From Octopus vulgaris (lineage: Eukaryota): a DNA stretch of 64,000 bases. A program made the position numbers and the translations under genes. Of this stretch, positions 1-13,790 are shown piece by piece; position 1 is the stretch's first letter, and every line of letters starts with the position of its first letter. The DNA lies in NCBI GenBank assembly GCA_951406725.2, contig OX597832.1:60884001-60948000 (forward strand). Reading direction: 5' to 3'. The notes beneath the pieces were generated by a model. The model ran no database searches. It saw nothing but the letters and a program-made list of their open reading frames with translations, and was not told the origin of the DNA.

Positions 1-882
1 AGAGAGATACACTCACACACACTCACACACTCACACACATATACACGCATAAATATATACATGTAATCATACATGTGCATACATACACATACATGCACAA
101 CACACGCGTATAGGCACGTATATATATGCACATATTTACATATGCATGCATATACACACATGCACATAATACACACGTATACACACATAAGACACATAAA
201 TAACACACACACACACTGCATAACTCAATTCTTGTATACACACACACACACCATGTGCACTAACGTACAATACGTGTGTACACACATGACACGTGCAGTC
301 GTATGCATATGCACGCGTTGTAATACATCACTTGCCCTCACACATAGACAGACATGCACACATACACTTCATAATACATCGCACATACATACGAACATAC
401 GCATGCATACTTCATAACGACGCACATGCTCATAGGCGCACACAAACATGCATACACGTACACCCAAAACATGCACACACGTGCACACGCATGCACACAC
501 TCACAGGTGTTAACGTCACTAGACTCGCAATTTCACCATTCCTTAGTCTTTCAAATATTTCAAATTTTATTCTCTTTCACTGTATTGTCTTTTTCTTTTT
601 TTTGCCATGTGCGTGTGTATGTGTATGCCTGTATGTATATGTGTCTGCGTGTATATGTGTGTGTTTTAGTGTATGTGTATGCATGTGTGTATATATGTGT
701 GTGTTTATGTTTATGTGTATGTGTATGTGCGTGTGTATATGCGTGTGTATGTCTATGCCTGTATGTATGTATATATGTGTGTGTTTTAGTGTATGTGTAT
801 GCATGTGTGTGTTCATGTATGTGTGCATGTGCATGTGTATATGCGTGTGTATATGCATGCCTGTAAATGTGCGTGTGCATGC

Positions 883-955
<73 letters not shown>
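1..955. repeat. Degenerate (CA)n/(TG)n low-complexity tracts ending in (TA)n
   Basis: Dinucleotide repeats seen directly; overlapping H/T/Y/V/C-rich ORFs are artefacts. Confidence 0.95.
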
Positions 956-959
<4 letters not shown>

Positions 960-1291
960 GAAAAAATAAGCCAAGATAGAAAATGTTAAAAAATAATTTT
1001 ATAAAACACATTTCAGTACCGGTTTCAGTCATTGTGACTTTTTCAACTGTAAGTATGGAAAACAATTAAATTTGGAAAAATTAAAAGAAAAGTTTAAAAA
1101 AAAAATATTTGTATAGTGTTCAAATACAAGTGGCATATATGTATGTATATATGTATGTGTGTATATGTGGTTAGAATATGAGTTTTTATTTTCGTTTTCT
1201 TCAATGCTGGATTTATCTTTTCGTTTGGCATTTCTCTCTCTTCACTATCACCCCAGGTAGAATTCAATTTTTCTATCACCTGTGGATATGT

Positions 1292-1309
1292 TCATCATCG
1301 TCATCATCG

Positions 1310-1343
<34 letters not shown>

Positions 1344-1625
1344 AAACATCGTCGTAGTCGTCATCATCGTCATAGTCGTCATCATCATTGTCATCATCAT
1401 CATCACCACCATCACTATCATCATCAATATCGTCATCGTCATCATCGTCATCATCATCATCATCATCATAATCATCGTCATTGTCGTCGTCGTCATCATC
1501 ATCATCATCATCATCATCATCAATATCGTCGTCGTCATCGTCATCATCGTCACAGTCATCATCATCATTGTCATCATCATCATCATCATCACCATCATCA
1601 CTATCATCATCATCAATATCGTCAT
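1292..1625. repeat. (CAT)n/(CGT)n trinucleotide microsatellite
   Basis: Seen directly; gives the poly-D, poly-I and poly-M ORFs. Confidence 0.95.
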
Positions 1626-1879
1626 GAATTTTCCATGTCCTAGCAATGACTTTAAACCGCATCCGATAGTGGGACCCTAGTATGGGGCTTCTTGGATTTT
1701 GAGGAGTGTGGAACCACCTCTCCGCCACTGTTTATTCCCAAGTATACTCTGATCTGGATTAGCAGCACCTCTCAGGGTCTCAGCTATGAGTCAAATAACG
1801 TCTAAATTGAGGTATACTTTGGACCAAAACACTGGCGACCCACCTAGCAAGGCCTAGTACTCAGTAATCCCCTGAGCAA

Positions 1880-2200
1880 TTTGGACAGATGAACTTACCG
1901 AGACAGTGGCGAACATCGTTAGATGCCGAATGGACGAAGAGACAACAAGCTATCAATAACCAGGACCAACCAGTTCAGTTAGCGAACAGCTGTTACCATA
2001 TTGAGAGGCCACATCTCCCGTATTGCGGATCGGTGAACGGAATGGCGCTAGAAAGGGCCACAGGATGGAAAGTTAAAGCCGAGCCAACCGGCTGGAGATC
2101 TACGGGTGGACCAAAAACGAGATGGTCGGTTAACATTCATAGTCTCATTTGGTCAGGCCTGGGAAATCTAATCGGTGTAGGCTCTGATTGAACCTATGGC
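1880..2200 (+). mobile_element. Degraded RTE-like LINE ORF 3' fragment
   Basis: Across frames reads LRGHISRIADR ... TGWRSTGGPKTRWSVNI, resembling the RTE C-terminal 'GHI.R ... G.R..GRPKTRW.D.I' pattern; frameshifted. Confidence 0.45.
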
Positions 2201-2399
2201 GGGTCCTATATAAATAATTCGTTCTCTCTCTCTCTCACTCTCTTTCTCTCTTCTTTTATTATTTTATTCTTTTACTTGCTTCAGTCATGTGGCCTCTCAC
2301 AGACGAGACACTTAGCTATCAAAAGATGAATGTGATTTATTAGTTGGGACAACTCATGTAGTCGCATGAAGATGCTCATTTATAGCCATTACATATCCC

Positions 2400-2580
2400 A
2401 TGTATGTATGTATGTATGTATGTATGTATGTATGTATGTATGTATGTATGTATGTATGTATGTATGTATGTATGTATGCATGCATGCATGTATGTATGTA
2501 TGTATGTATGTATGTATGTATGTATGTATGTGTGTATGTATGTGTGTATGTATGTATGTGTGTATGTATGTGTGTGTGTA

Positions 2581-2613
<33 letters not shown>

Positions 2614-3137
2614 ATGTATGAGTGTATGTATGTGTGTATGTATGTATGTGTGTATGTATGTGTGTATGTATGTGTGTGTGTGTATGTATGTATGTATGTA
2701 TGTATGTATATATGTATGTATGTACGTACGTATGTATGTATGTATGTATGTATGTTTTTATGTATGTACGTATGTATGTATGTATGTATGTATGTATGTG
2801 TGTATGTATGTGTGTATGTATGTGTGTGTGTATGTATGTATGTATGTATATATGTATGTATGTACGTACGTACGTATGTATGTATGTATGTATGTATGTA
2901 TGTATGTATGTATGTATGTATGTTTGTATGCATGCATGCATGTATGTCATTGTTCAGTTTTATTTCAAGATTTCTTGTCAATAGAGGAAGAACCGGTTTC
3001 TAACCTAGATCCAAGGCTTCTTCATTGGAATTTCAACATCAACATGTATGTATGTATGTATGTATGTATGTATGTATGTATGTATGTATGTATGTATGTA
3101 TGTATGTATGTATGTATGTATGTATGTATGTATGTAT
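2400..3137. repeat. (TATG)n microsatellite interrupted by a ~100-bp interspersed repeat (2947-3044)
   Basis: Seen directly; the insert recurs inverted at 32452-32551. Confidence 0.9.
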
Positions 3138-3239
3138 GAGTGTATAGTCTGGACATCGTGGAACAGTTGTGAAAGAAGAAAACGGTGTCGTTCGTTTCTG
3201 ATCTTCCATGAAAAAAACCCCTCCAATCATGGGGTGGGT

Positions 3240-3710
3240 GGGAGATTGATACTTAGCTTGTTTGGGAGCAGCAAGTGGAAAACTTGCCCCAACGAATTCA
3301 GTCTGGCACATGCAAGCATGGAAAAGTGGACGTTAAACGATGATGATGATGATGATGATGTTGAAGATGATGATGAAGATGTGATGATGGTGTCGAAGGT
3401 GATTATGATAATGTTGAAGATGATTACAATGATGATGACGACGACGATGATGATGGTGATGATGATGATAATGTTGGTAAAGATGATGATGACAACGACG
3501 ACGGTGGTGAGGAGGATGATGACAACGACAACGAAGATAACGATGTCGATGACGATGGCAATGAAAATGACGGTGACGATGATAATGACGACGACGACGA
3601 TAATGATGATGATGATGAGGATGATGACGACGACGATGATGATGATGACAACGACAATAACGATGGTGATGATGATGATGATTATGATGATGATTTCTAT
3701 AATGATGTTA
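3240..3710 (+). mobile_element. SINE/LINE 3' tail (…gcaagcatggaaaagtggacgttaaa) running into an expanded (GAT)n tract
   Basis: Short unique segment ending directly in (GAT)n, typical of retroposon tails; family assignment from recall only. Confidence 0.5.
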
Positions 3711-4305
3711 ATTATACCCTATCACCTCAAAAAAAAAGAAAAAAAAAAAGAAGACCAACAACAGAATTTGTATTTTCTGCGTGGCACTTTGGACTCATAA
3801 TAAATCTGGCACATCTGACCCAAAGCCATGCCATTCCTCAAACGGTATTTCTGTACATAAAACCGCCGCTTTCCACAAACGAATGGCAATAAATCTCTGA
3901 GTGGATATCCCGATTCCTGTAGGAAAAAGGTTAATACACGTTGATACCCCTTCCGTTTTTTATACCGATATTTTCAGTAAAAATTCTCATGGAGATTGGG
4001 CCAGACTTTCTCACGTTGGCATTTATAATCCTCCGGGGTTTACACATTTTCATTTGCTGCCACTTAGTATGACATGCCTCACCACTTCCAACCCCCCACC
4101 ATTCTTTCTCTGCAAACGGCGACGTTTATTAGAGCTTCTTCAGTTTGCAAAATGTCTGTCATAACTTAGAGTTTGCGTTCGGCGAATGCTTGATTATGGA
4201 CGGCAACAACAAGTAGTTTTCGTTTTATTTTCCTCATCAAGTTTCCTTTGAACAAGCACTACGTGAATCTGTTCCTCATACGAGTTTCTTCGTCAATGGA
4301 TGTGT

Positions 4306-4376
<71 letters not shown>

Positions 4377-4778
4377 TATGTGAGTGTGTGAGTGTGTTTG
4401 AGTGTGTGTGAGTGTGTGTACGTGAGTGTACAGGTGTATGCATATGTCTGTATATGTTGTATATATTAGTATATGTGCATATGTTTGTATGTGTGTATGC
4501 GTGTGTAAATGTGTGTATATATGCGTGCATATGTATGTGTATATGTGTGTGTAAATGTGTGTATATATATATATGTGTGTGCATATGTATATGTATATGT
4601 TTGTGTTTATATGTGTAAAGGTGTATATGTCTTTGTAATGCATTTGGGTACGTATGTGTATATGTATATGTATGCATACTTGTGCTTGTATACGTGAATG
4701 TATTCGTGTATATGTATATGTGTGTGTGTGTGTGTATATGTATATGTATATATATGTATGTGCATAAATGTGTGTGTA

Positions 4779-4826
<48 letters not shown>

Positions 4827-5344
4827 ATATATATACGCATATGTATGTACGTTGGCGTCTCTCTATCTCTTCTTACTCTCTCTTTCTTTGCGACTCTTCT
4901 TTTACTAGGAAATTCTCTTTTATCACAAATTTCTTTCTCTTCTAGCATATTCTAAGAGGTTATTCCCATACAAGACGTGTGACTTGACTGGTTGGTTGGC
5001 GCTAACTCCATACTCGACTAATGGTTTACATTTTCCCTTTGTTTCGTTTTGTTTTTGCCATTTGCAAGCTGTAAATCTAAATTTCCTTTTACCATCTCCT
5101 ATTAATTTCTTCACTTCTCGGCCATTTTTCTTCTCCGAGATTTTACGATGGCGTACAACAGCATTACATAATGTAGCAGGCGAAAGACACTGTCGTATTG
5201 TGTCATAATCTTTTTCGCTGACCTATCTGACAATTTTATGATTTTTCTTCACTGGCTTTGATCATTCTTGCATAATATTGCACAACAAACGCATACTCTT
5301 GACCGACGAACAGATACACTTCTGTTATACATAATATTCTTCCT

Positions 5345-5545
5345 ACTTCTAGCACAATGCCAGAGATTCTAGGGGAAGATGCAAACCGATTACATCGACC
5401 ACAGTGCTCAAGTGGTACTTATTTTATCGACCCTAAAATAATGAAAGGTGAAGACGCCCTCGGCGGGATTTGAACTCAGATAGTAAAGAGCAAGAATTGT
5501 TACGAAATATTTTAGCTGACGTGTTAACGATTGTGCCAGATCGTA
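5345..5545 (-). mobile_element. SINE family B, diverged copy
   Basis: Matches the family B core (…tgagttcaaatcccgccgagg…cctttcat…gggtcgataaaataagtacca) seen many times in the window. Confidence 0.85.
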
Positions 5546-5592
5546 ACATTTGCACATCCACACACACACACACACACACATCCACACACACA

Positions 5593-5631
<39 letters not shown>

Positions 5632-6199
5632 ATTCACCAAATCAAAGTTTACTCCTAAAAAAAAACGAAAAAGAAACACCACCTACCTCCGTAGTGGACT
5701 TGAATTTTATCCCTTAATACTGATATTTATAGTCTTCTTTTCAGGGTCTTCTCTATAGATTTTCTATAGAATTCAGAGCCAACGCTGAAAGTTATTTATA
5801 TGTAAATACGCCTATGTAAGCAATGCGGCCAAGACAGAAAAATGGTGATGTTTGTATATACACATTTTAAAGATTATTGCCCTTTCGTCAGCACCTCATG
5901 TAACCCATCAATTATCTACGAACAAGTCAGCCATCATTAGCGTGCAACTTTTGGGTCTGCTGTATAAGCTTGTACAAGCTTGGGAGCCTCAGAGCAGCAA
6001 CAAACTCAAGGACTGCTCCGTGTGGCACACATGACCTGACCGCCCGTGCTTCAATTTTACCAAAATCCACTGTAAGAGATATTGTGTACCATCATGATCT
6101 TTTTACACAACTCCTAAATATTTGTTCTACCTCTTTTGTAACGGTAACAACACATATATAGGTATGTGTGCGTGTGTTTGTGCGTGAGTGTATCTTGTC

Positions 6200-6370
6200 T
6201 TTTATTTGTTTCAGACATTAGCCTGCGGCCATCCTGGAGCATTTTAGTCAAATGAATTAACCCCGGTACTCTTTTAAAGCCTAGTACTTATTCCATCGGT
6301 CACTTTTGCTGAACCGCTATGTTACAGAGACATAACCGCACCACCACCGGTTGTTAGGTGGTGTTCGGCA

Positions 6371-6441
<71 letters not shown>

Positions 6442-6598
6442 GTACGACGGGCTTCTTTCAGTTTCCGTCTACCAAATCCACTCGGAAGGCTTTAGTCGGC
6501 CAGAGGATATAGTAGAAGACACTTGCCCAAGGTGCCTCGCAGTGTGACTGAACCCAGAACCTTGTGGTTAGGAAGCAAATTTCTCCCCTCACAGCCAC
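6200..6598 (-). mobile_element. SINE family A with central (TA)n
   Basis: Head (…ccttgggcaagtgtcttctactata…ggatttggtagacggaaactgaaagaagcccgtcgta), microsatellite and tail (…ggccgcag…ctgaaacaa) shared with >10 copies in the window. Confidence 0.9.
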
Positions 6599-6870
6599 TT
6601 TTACACTCCATTCCTACATGCTATATATATACAAAACACGTGACTGCTTCGTCTTAATTTTATTCCTTCATTCATTTTTTCTCACGACGACGACGACCAC
6701 CACCACCATGACGACCACGACCACCACCACTACATCTATTACTATTACTACAACAAGAACTACTACTACTACTACAAAATTTATGATGACTATTAAGCAG
6801 GATGATAATGTTTGAGAGGGTGCAAAATTGCAAGATGAATCAAGTATCGAAATTTACTGGGGATAAATCA

Positions 6871-7149
<279 letters not shown>

Positions 7150-7594
7150 AAAAACTCTCACACCACATACACAAAGACACAAACATATGTACACTGCGAC
7201 GCAATCCCAAGGATTTAAAGAAGATGGATTTAAAGAACAAAATAAACCCGAAATGGCCGAAAATCAAAGCATCATCAACAACAACAACAACAACGACAAC
7301 AACAGCAATAAAAAGCGTAAAAGAGGAACATAACAATACCAGGAATTTCTAGTGTCTCTGATCCTGCTCCTCACCCTCACCCCCCTGGAGCCTGTCCTCC
7401 CTCCGACCCGAAAATGTGTTGACCTCTGTTGAGATCATCATGACAGATGGGTGTTGGTTGACATTTGAAGAATTAGGCAGACATTGTTTTTGTTCAGGAA
7501 TTTGGTATGCAAACTGACACAGTTTTAGTTTTTCGGGAATGGGGTGGATTGAGGGTGGGCGCGATAGGGTTGAAATGGGCGTCGAGGGCGACGA

Positions 7595-7752
7595 CATCAT
7601 GATCATCATCATTATCATCATGATCCTTATCATCGTCACAATCATCATCACCATCATCATTGTCATCATCCTCAAAATCACCGTCATCACAATCTTCATC
7701 AACTCCATCATTATCACCACTACCACCACCACCACCACCACCACCACCACCA

Positions 7753-7810
<58 letters not shown>

Positions 7811-7980
7811 CTATCTTCATGATTACTATCATCACTACCATCACTCCACCATCACGATCACTATCACCATCACCTCCACCATCACCACTACCATCACCAT
7901 CTTCATTATCATCCTCATCCTCATTATCGTTTTTGTCTGCCATCATTGTCTTCAGGATGATGATGATGGTGATGGTAGGT
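7595..7980. repeat. (CAT)n/(CAC)n microsatellite
   Basis: Seen directly. Confidence 0.95.
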
Positions 7981-8296
7981 GAGTGAGTGAGTGAGAGAAA
8001 AAAGTATCGACCCGCAGTATATGACTGGAATCTCATTTATGACTCATATATGACTAGTATCTCATTGAATCCCGAAAGATAAAAAAAGGCAAAGTTTCCC
8101 TTGGCAAGATTTGAACTCAGAATGTAGAGAACTAAAACACCGACTGGAAAGAGCTCTGTTCTGCCCAACATGCTAATAACCCTGGTATCTATGCATCGCA
8201 GCACAGCATAAGATGACAGAGTTACTTTCAGTTAAACCTTCACCGCAAAAGATAAGCTGTGTTTGGCTCTTTCTTTATTTCTTGCCCTCTCTCCTC

Positions 8297-8331
<35 letters not shown>

Positions 8332-8575
8332 ATTTAATTTAACCTTACCTGTAAGATTTTTGTGTAGTTCTGTATTACTCTGCTCAATCTCTATCAAAAT
8401 ACAATAAATGTGTGAGCGAATTTATGTCCAGGTATATATCTGGATATGCATGTGTGTGTGTGTGTGAGAGAGAGTATGTGTGTGTAGTGAGAATTTACAA
8501 AAAACAAAAAAGACGAAGACGGGTGGTGTAGACAACAAACATATGTATTTGTTTATCGCTCGGCAAGTGAGAACA

Positions 8576-8614
8576 TCTTTTACGTTTCGAGCCTACGCTC
8601 TTCGTCAGAAAAGA
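8576..8614 (-). ncRNA. Minimal type I hammerhead ribozyme motif, intact core
   Basis: Minus strand reads TCTTTT-CTGACGA-A-GAGC-GTAG-GCTC-GAAAC-GTA-AAAGA: CUGANGA box, 4-bp stem II, GAAA, palindromic ACGU stem III, GUA triplet, short stem I. Confidence 0.8.
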
Positions 8615-8688
8615 ACACATTGATAAACAGGGAGAGAAAATAAAAAAAAGTTTTAGTGGTTAATGTTTGTGCTCGGGAAGTGAAAAAG

Positions 8689-8726
8689 TCTTTAACGTTT
8701 CGAGCCTACGCTCTTCCACAGAAAGG
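8689..8726 (-). ncRNA. Second minimal hammerhead motif, core mutated (CTGTGGA), tandem copy 113 bp from the first
   Basis: Minus strand CCTTT-CTGTGGA-A-GAGC-GTAG-GCTC-GAAAC-GTT-AAAGA; flanks duplicate 8558-8644. Confidence 0.65.
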
Positions 8727-9334
8727 AACACAGAAAGAAACAGGGAGAGAAAATAAAGAGAGAGAAAATAAATATATATATAACGAAAAATGTAAATTAT
8801 AAAATACATAGACCAAAATTTTATCAACGGAAATAGAAAGAAATCAGAAGTACCAAATATAAATGACAACAAAATAGATTTATTTCCATTAATTTCATTT
8901 GGTATTTCTTTTTTCCATTTTATTATCTCTTTGAATCTACGTGTTGCTCTTTATCAAGGGAATGCGAAAAAAAAATAACAGAAGACGGGTATAATAGAAT
9001 GGGAAACTATAGGTGATGCAGCAGTGCTCTCAACTCTACTCACCTGAAGACGTGCAAGCATACAGCTATTGCTGCATCACGTTGATTTATATGATATTTA
9101 TGTAATAGTATATGGAAAACTCAACAACTATCAGGTGTTGGCAATGCATAGAAACAATTGTTGTGATTTTGATTGAAGCCTGTTCATTCCATCTTCTTGA
9201 ATTATAATTTTGTTTTATATGTATGTATATATATTTATCTATAAATTCACATATATGTATATACACACACACGCACATACACATATATGTATATAGGCAT
9301 ACACACACATATAGATGTATGTATATATTCTTTT

Positions 9335-9554
9335 CTTTTATTCTTTTATTTGTTTCAGTCATTTGGTTGCGGCCATGCTGGAGCACCGCCTTTAGTCGAA
9401 CAAATTGATCCCAGGACTTATTCTTTGTAAGCCTAGTACTTATTCTATCGGTCTCTCTTGCCGAACCGCTAAGTTACAGAGACAAACACACCAGCATCGG
9501 TTGTCAAGCGATATTGGGGTGACAAACACAGACACAACCATATACATACATACA

Positions 9555-9653
<99 letters not shown>

Positions 9654-9805
9654 GACGGGCTTCTTTCAGTTTCCGTCTACCAAATCCACTCACAAGGCTT
9701 TGGTCGGCCTGAGGCTATACACTTGCCCAAGGTGTTACGCAGTGGGACTGAACCCAGAACCATGTGGTTGGTGTGCAAGCTACTTACCGCACAGCCACTC
9801 CTGCG

Positions 9806-9808
<3 letters not shown>
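9335..9808 (-). mobile_element. SINE family A, near full length
   Basis: Head aggcgcaggagtggctgtgcggtaagtagcttgc…ggttcagtcccactgcgt, central (TA)/(TATG) tract, conserved tail. Confidence 0.92.
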
Positions 9809-9855
<47 letters not shown>

Positions 9856-10317
9856 TATATACATACAAACATACACACAGACACAGACACACACACATAT
9901 ATATATGAATATATATATATATATGTATGTATGTATGTATACTCACACAAACAAACAAACATGTACACACAAACATTTATATAAACATACAAGCACACAG
10001 AGACAAAGTTTGAATTTACGAAAGGGAAAAGAAGAAAATAAAGGCAAAAACTGTTTAATTAAAATTTAATTAAATCGTTGTCATTGCCAATTCCTAAGGA
10101 AATGTTTGTCTTTAACGAGCCTGTCTGTCCAACAAGCACCATACCATATATGGAAAATAATTGACAGCCTAACGAATCTTTCTTCCAGGATCTTTTCATT
10201 AATTATTCAGAATTATTTTTGTAAACTTGTTCGGGCTGCAAATTAATTAGCGGAAACAATGCGAAAGGTGCCAGCGCCCCATCGCTGCCGCTGCTCTAGC
10301 TAGTGCTGCTGCTGCTG

Positions 10318-10366
<49 letters not shown>

Positions 10367-10378
10367 CACCACCACCAA

Positions 10379-10411
<33 letters not shown>

Positions 10412-10832
10412 AAGACAACAATAGCAATAACAATAACAACTATCACAAGCGTTACTGATGTTGCTGCTGGAGATGTCCAGCGTTGCTCTTCCTCCTCTTG
10501 TTGCTTCTTACTCTCCTTCACGGACGAAGGACGAAGAAGTAACTCTGGTAAATTTGAGCTGCAGATGATCATTGAATACCTGACGAGTGTTCTGGATTTC
10601 AGTTCTGGATTCAAACGTTGTCTCGGGGGAACCTCCATAGGAAGGCGAAAAAAAATATTAGTTCTGTGGTACCTGCCGGTGGAGATGTTGATACTGGGGT
10701 ACATATAGATGGTAATGTGTCTAGGGATGTATTGTAAGTAGAAATATCGGTTTTAAACACTAGCGTAGCCCTTCCGTTTGCAGCCCCCGGACCCCATACA
10801 CTATTTTTCTTCCTCCGTCTATGTTTTTCTCA

Positions 10833-10870
10833 TTTTTGTGATGAAGAAGTAACGCCCGAAACGTAAAAAG
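10833..10870 (+). ncRNA. Decayed minimal hammerhead motif
   Basis: TTTTT-GTGATGA-A-GAAGTAACGCCC-GAAAC-GTA-AAAAG; same layout as 8576-8614 with C3 and stem II mutated. Confidence 0.5.
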
Positions 10871-11602
10871 ACTTCCTCGATCCATTAAAGCGTTGAACTA
10901 ATACCATATTTATTAAACTTTATCTCTTATGTATTATCTCATTTATTGTTCATTGTATTTACACCCCACCACCACCACACACTCCCACACAATCTCAATC
11001 GCTCCCTCACTCACACGCACAATTTATAATTTGCTCCTGATATGCATAGGGCATAATAAAAATTCAAATCGATTGTAATATTTGTTTGGTTCCTTATTTT
11101 TTCGATCTTCTAGAATAAAATATTAAGCTGACCACATCGGGATTTGAACTCAGTGCGTAAAGCACCGTATCGAAATTAACCGCAGTGCTAATTTACCCGA
11201 TGCGCCAACGATTCTGTCAACCCACCCAAACCGTATGCATGCGAGTATGTGTGTGTGTGTATGCGTATGTATATGCGTTTGTGTGTATGTGTGTGTGTGT
11301 GAGAGAGAGAGAGACAGATAGACAGACAGAGAGGCTAGGAAGAGTGAGATAATTATATAGATAACGAAATGGAGGGAAAATAAACTGACACAGCACATAT
11401 ACACACACGCATACATGTGTGAGTGAGTATGTGTGTGTGTGTGTGTGTGTTAGGGGTGTATTTGTGTGTAATTGCAAGTATGTGCATTTGAGAGAAAAAT
11501 AGAGGGAAAGATATGTATGCGTATGTGTATATATGTATAATTGCATCTATGTGCATTTGAGAGAAGAATAGAAAAGATATATGTATGTATGTATGTATGT
11601 AT

Positions 11603-11647
<45 letters not shown>

Positions 11648-11948
11648 TATATAGTGAGAGAAGGGAGGAGGAGAAAGAAAGAGGGAAAGCAGGTGAGGAG
11701 TGTGAGGGAGAGGAGAGATGTACAGAGAGACGCATTCACCTGTTAACGTACGATGAAGTCATCGGTCGGGTTTTGGATCAGGTAAAAAAAAAAAGGAAGA
11801 AAGAAAGAAAAAAAGAAGGAAAAAGACGTTATGAGTCATTGAGATAATAGAGAGCAACAAAAGACCTACTTAATGGGTTGGCTTGACAAGAAAGAAAACG
11901 AGAGAGGAAAGAACGAGAGAGAGAGAGAGAGAGAGAAAGAGAGTGTGT

Positions 11949-11987
<39 letters not shown>

Positions 11988-12514
11988 TGTTGTGAGAGTA
12001 AAAGGCGGGTGAGATTAGCCTAATTGCTCCTCCTACTCCTCCTCCTCCTCCTCTCCTTCCTCCTAACGTAACCGTACTTATCCCATTACTAAACTTGCTA
12101 CTTACCAGACAATAGACAACAAATTCAACTGTTGTTTAACCCCAGGTCTGCAGTGATCCTGTAAGACCTATGATTGAAGTCATTCCTACAGTGGTTGTCC
12201 CCTGGGCTTTCTTCAGGCATAGGCACCCTGAGTTGTTATCTGAGAAAGGATGGGGCCCTTTCAGATGGGTACGGGCCCAATTTTGATCTACTTGTATTGT
12301 GGTTTGCTCTCAATAAATAAATGCTATAGGGCCCTGTTCATTGATTTGGCCCGGGGTTAGGGGTATAATGCTGTTAAGGCGGAACCGGTCATTCCCCCTT
12401 CTTATAATAGGCAAGGATTCCAGGACCACATATTTTGCCAGATGTCAGTTTGTGTTCCCCCGTGACAGATTTGTTGGTTTGATTCGAGGAAGATCTATGT
12501 CGGGCAAGCATTTA

Positions 12515-12980
12515 ATTTCTACACAAGGCCCGAAAATTTTGGGGAAGGGGGCCAGTCGATTAGATCAACCCCAGTACGCAACTGGTACTTAATTTATCGA
12601 CCCAGAAAGGATAAAAAGCAAAGTCGACCTCGGCGGAATTTGAACTCAGAACGTAGCGGCAGACAAAATACCTATTTCTTTACTACCCACAAGGGGCTAA
12701 ACACTGAGGGGACAAACAAGGACCGACAAACGGATTAAGCCGATTATATTGATCCCAGTGCGTAACTGGTACTTAATTTATAGACCCTGAAAGGATGAAA
12801 GGCAAAGTTGACCTCGACGGAATTTGAACTCAGAACGTAGCAGCAGACGAAATACCTATTTATTTACTACCCACAAGGGGCTAAACACAGAGAGGACAAA
12901 CAAGAATAGACAAACGGATGAAGTCGATTATATCGACCCCAGTGCGAAACTGGTACTTTATTTATCGACCCCGAAAGGCT
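12515..12980 (-). mobile_element. SINE family B concatemer (about 2.5 units, 184-bp period)
   Basis: Junction aaatac|ctattt at 12671 and 12855. Confidence 0.9.
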
Positions 12981-13604
12981 CGGAATAACTATATTCAGAT
13001 TGTTGTCATTTTTGTTGTCGAGCTGACATATGAAAGGCTTTCCAAACGTGGCCATCTTGTAATTTTCTTATATGTACAAAGAAATGAAACTAAGAGATTA
13101 TCCTAAGATGCCTTTTACTTGTCAAGACGGCGGTGGGGAGTGATTTGACCGAAAATTGGTTGCTCGGTCGGGAGAGGGGCTGTTGATGGTGGCAGTTTGA
13201 AGTTTAGCCCTAGGCCTGGCCTGACGAGTAAAACTACGATGAAATGTGCCCCAGCCGTGACCGGCACCTCTGTTTTACAGACAGTGTATATAGAACAACA
13301 TTCTTGTTTCTTTTTAAGAGTTCTTTGACTGCTATTTCAAACAAATTAAGTGCAAAAGCCTCAGCGGTCCTTTGTAGATGAGTTGGTGCGGTGATGTTGT
13401 TCAGCACCAACTCAAGCCCAATCGAGCTGAGCAATCATCATAAGCATTCCACGCATGACCACTCCATTTTTTGTACAAGATATGTTGTCCTTCTTTTCAG
13501 ATTTTAGGGTGTAATTTCAGGGACTTTGGTTCCTATTACTAGCAGAACTAAGGACTGCGTTGCAGGTTAAATGCTTGCAGCCGCAGTAGTAGTACTACTA
13601 CTAG

Positions 13605-13790
13605 TAGTCCTTTCTACTAAGAACAAGGCCTGAGATTTGATGGGAGGAGGCTAGTTTATCAAATGGACGCCAAGACTCGACCGACACTATTTTGTCGACC
13701 CGGAATGTGATGAAAGGCAAAGTCGACCTCGGTGGAATTTGAACTCGGAACGTAAAGAGCCGCACGAAAATACTACCAAGCATTTAGTCC
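13605..13790 (-). mobile_element. SINE family B
   Basis: Core tgaaaggcaaagtcgacctcggtggaatttgaactc. Confidence 0.85.

Noticed and set aside
13221-13250. CTGACGA-GTA-AAAC-TAC hammerhead-like start
   Set aside because: GAAA does not follow stem II directly and there is no stem III/UH or stem I.
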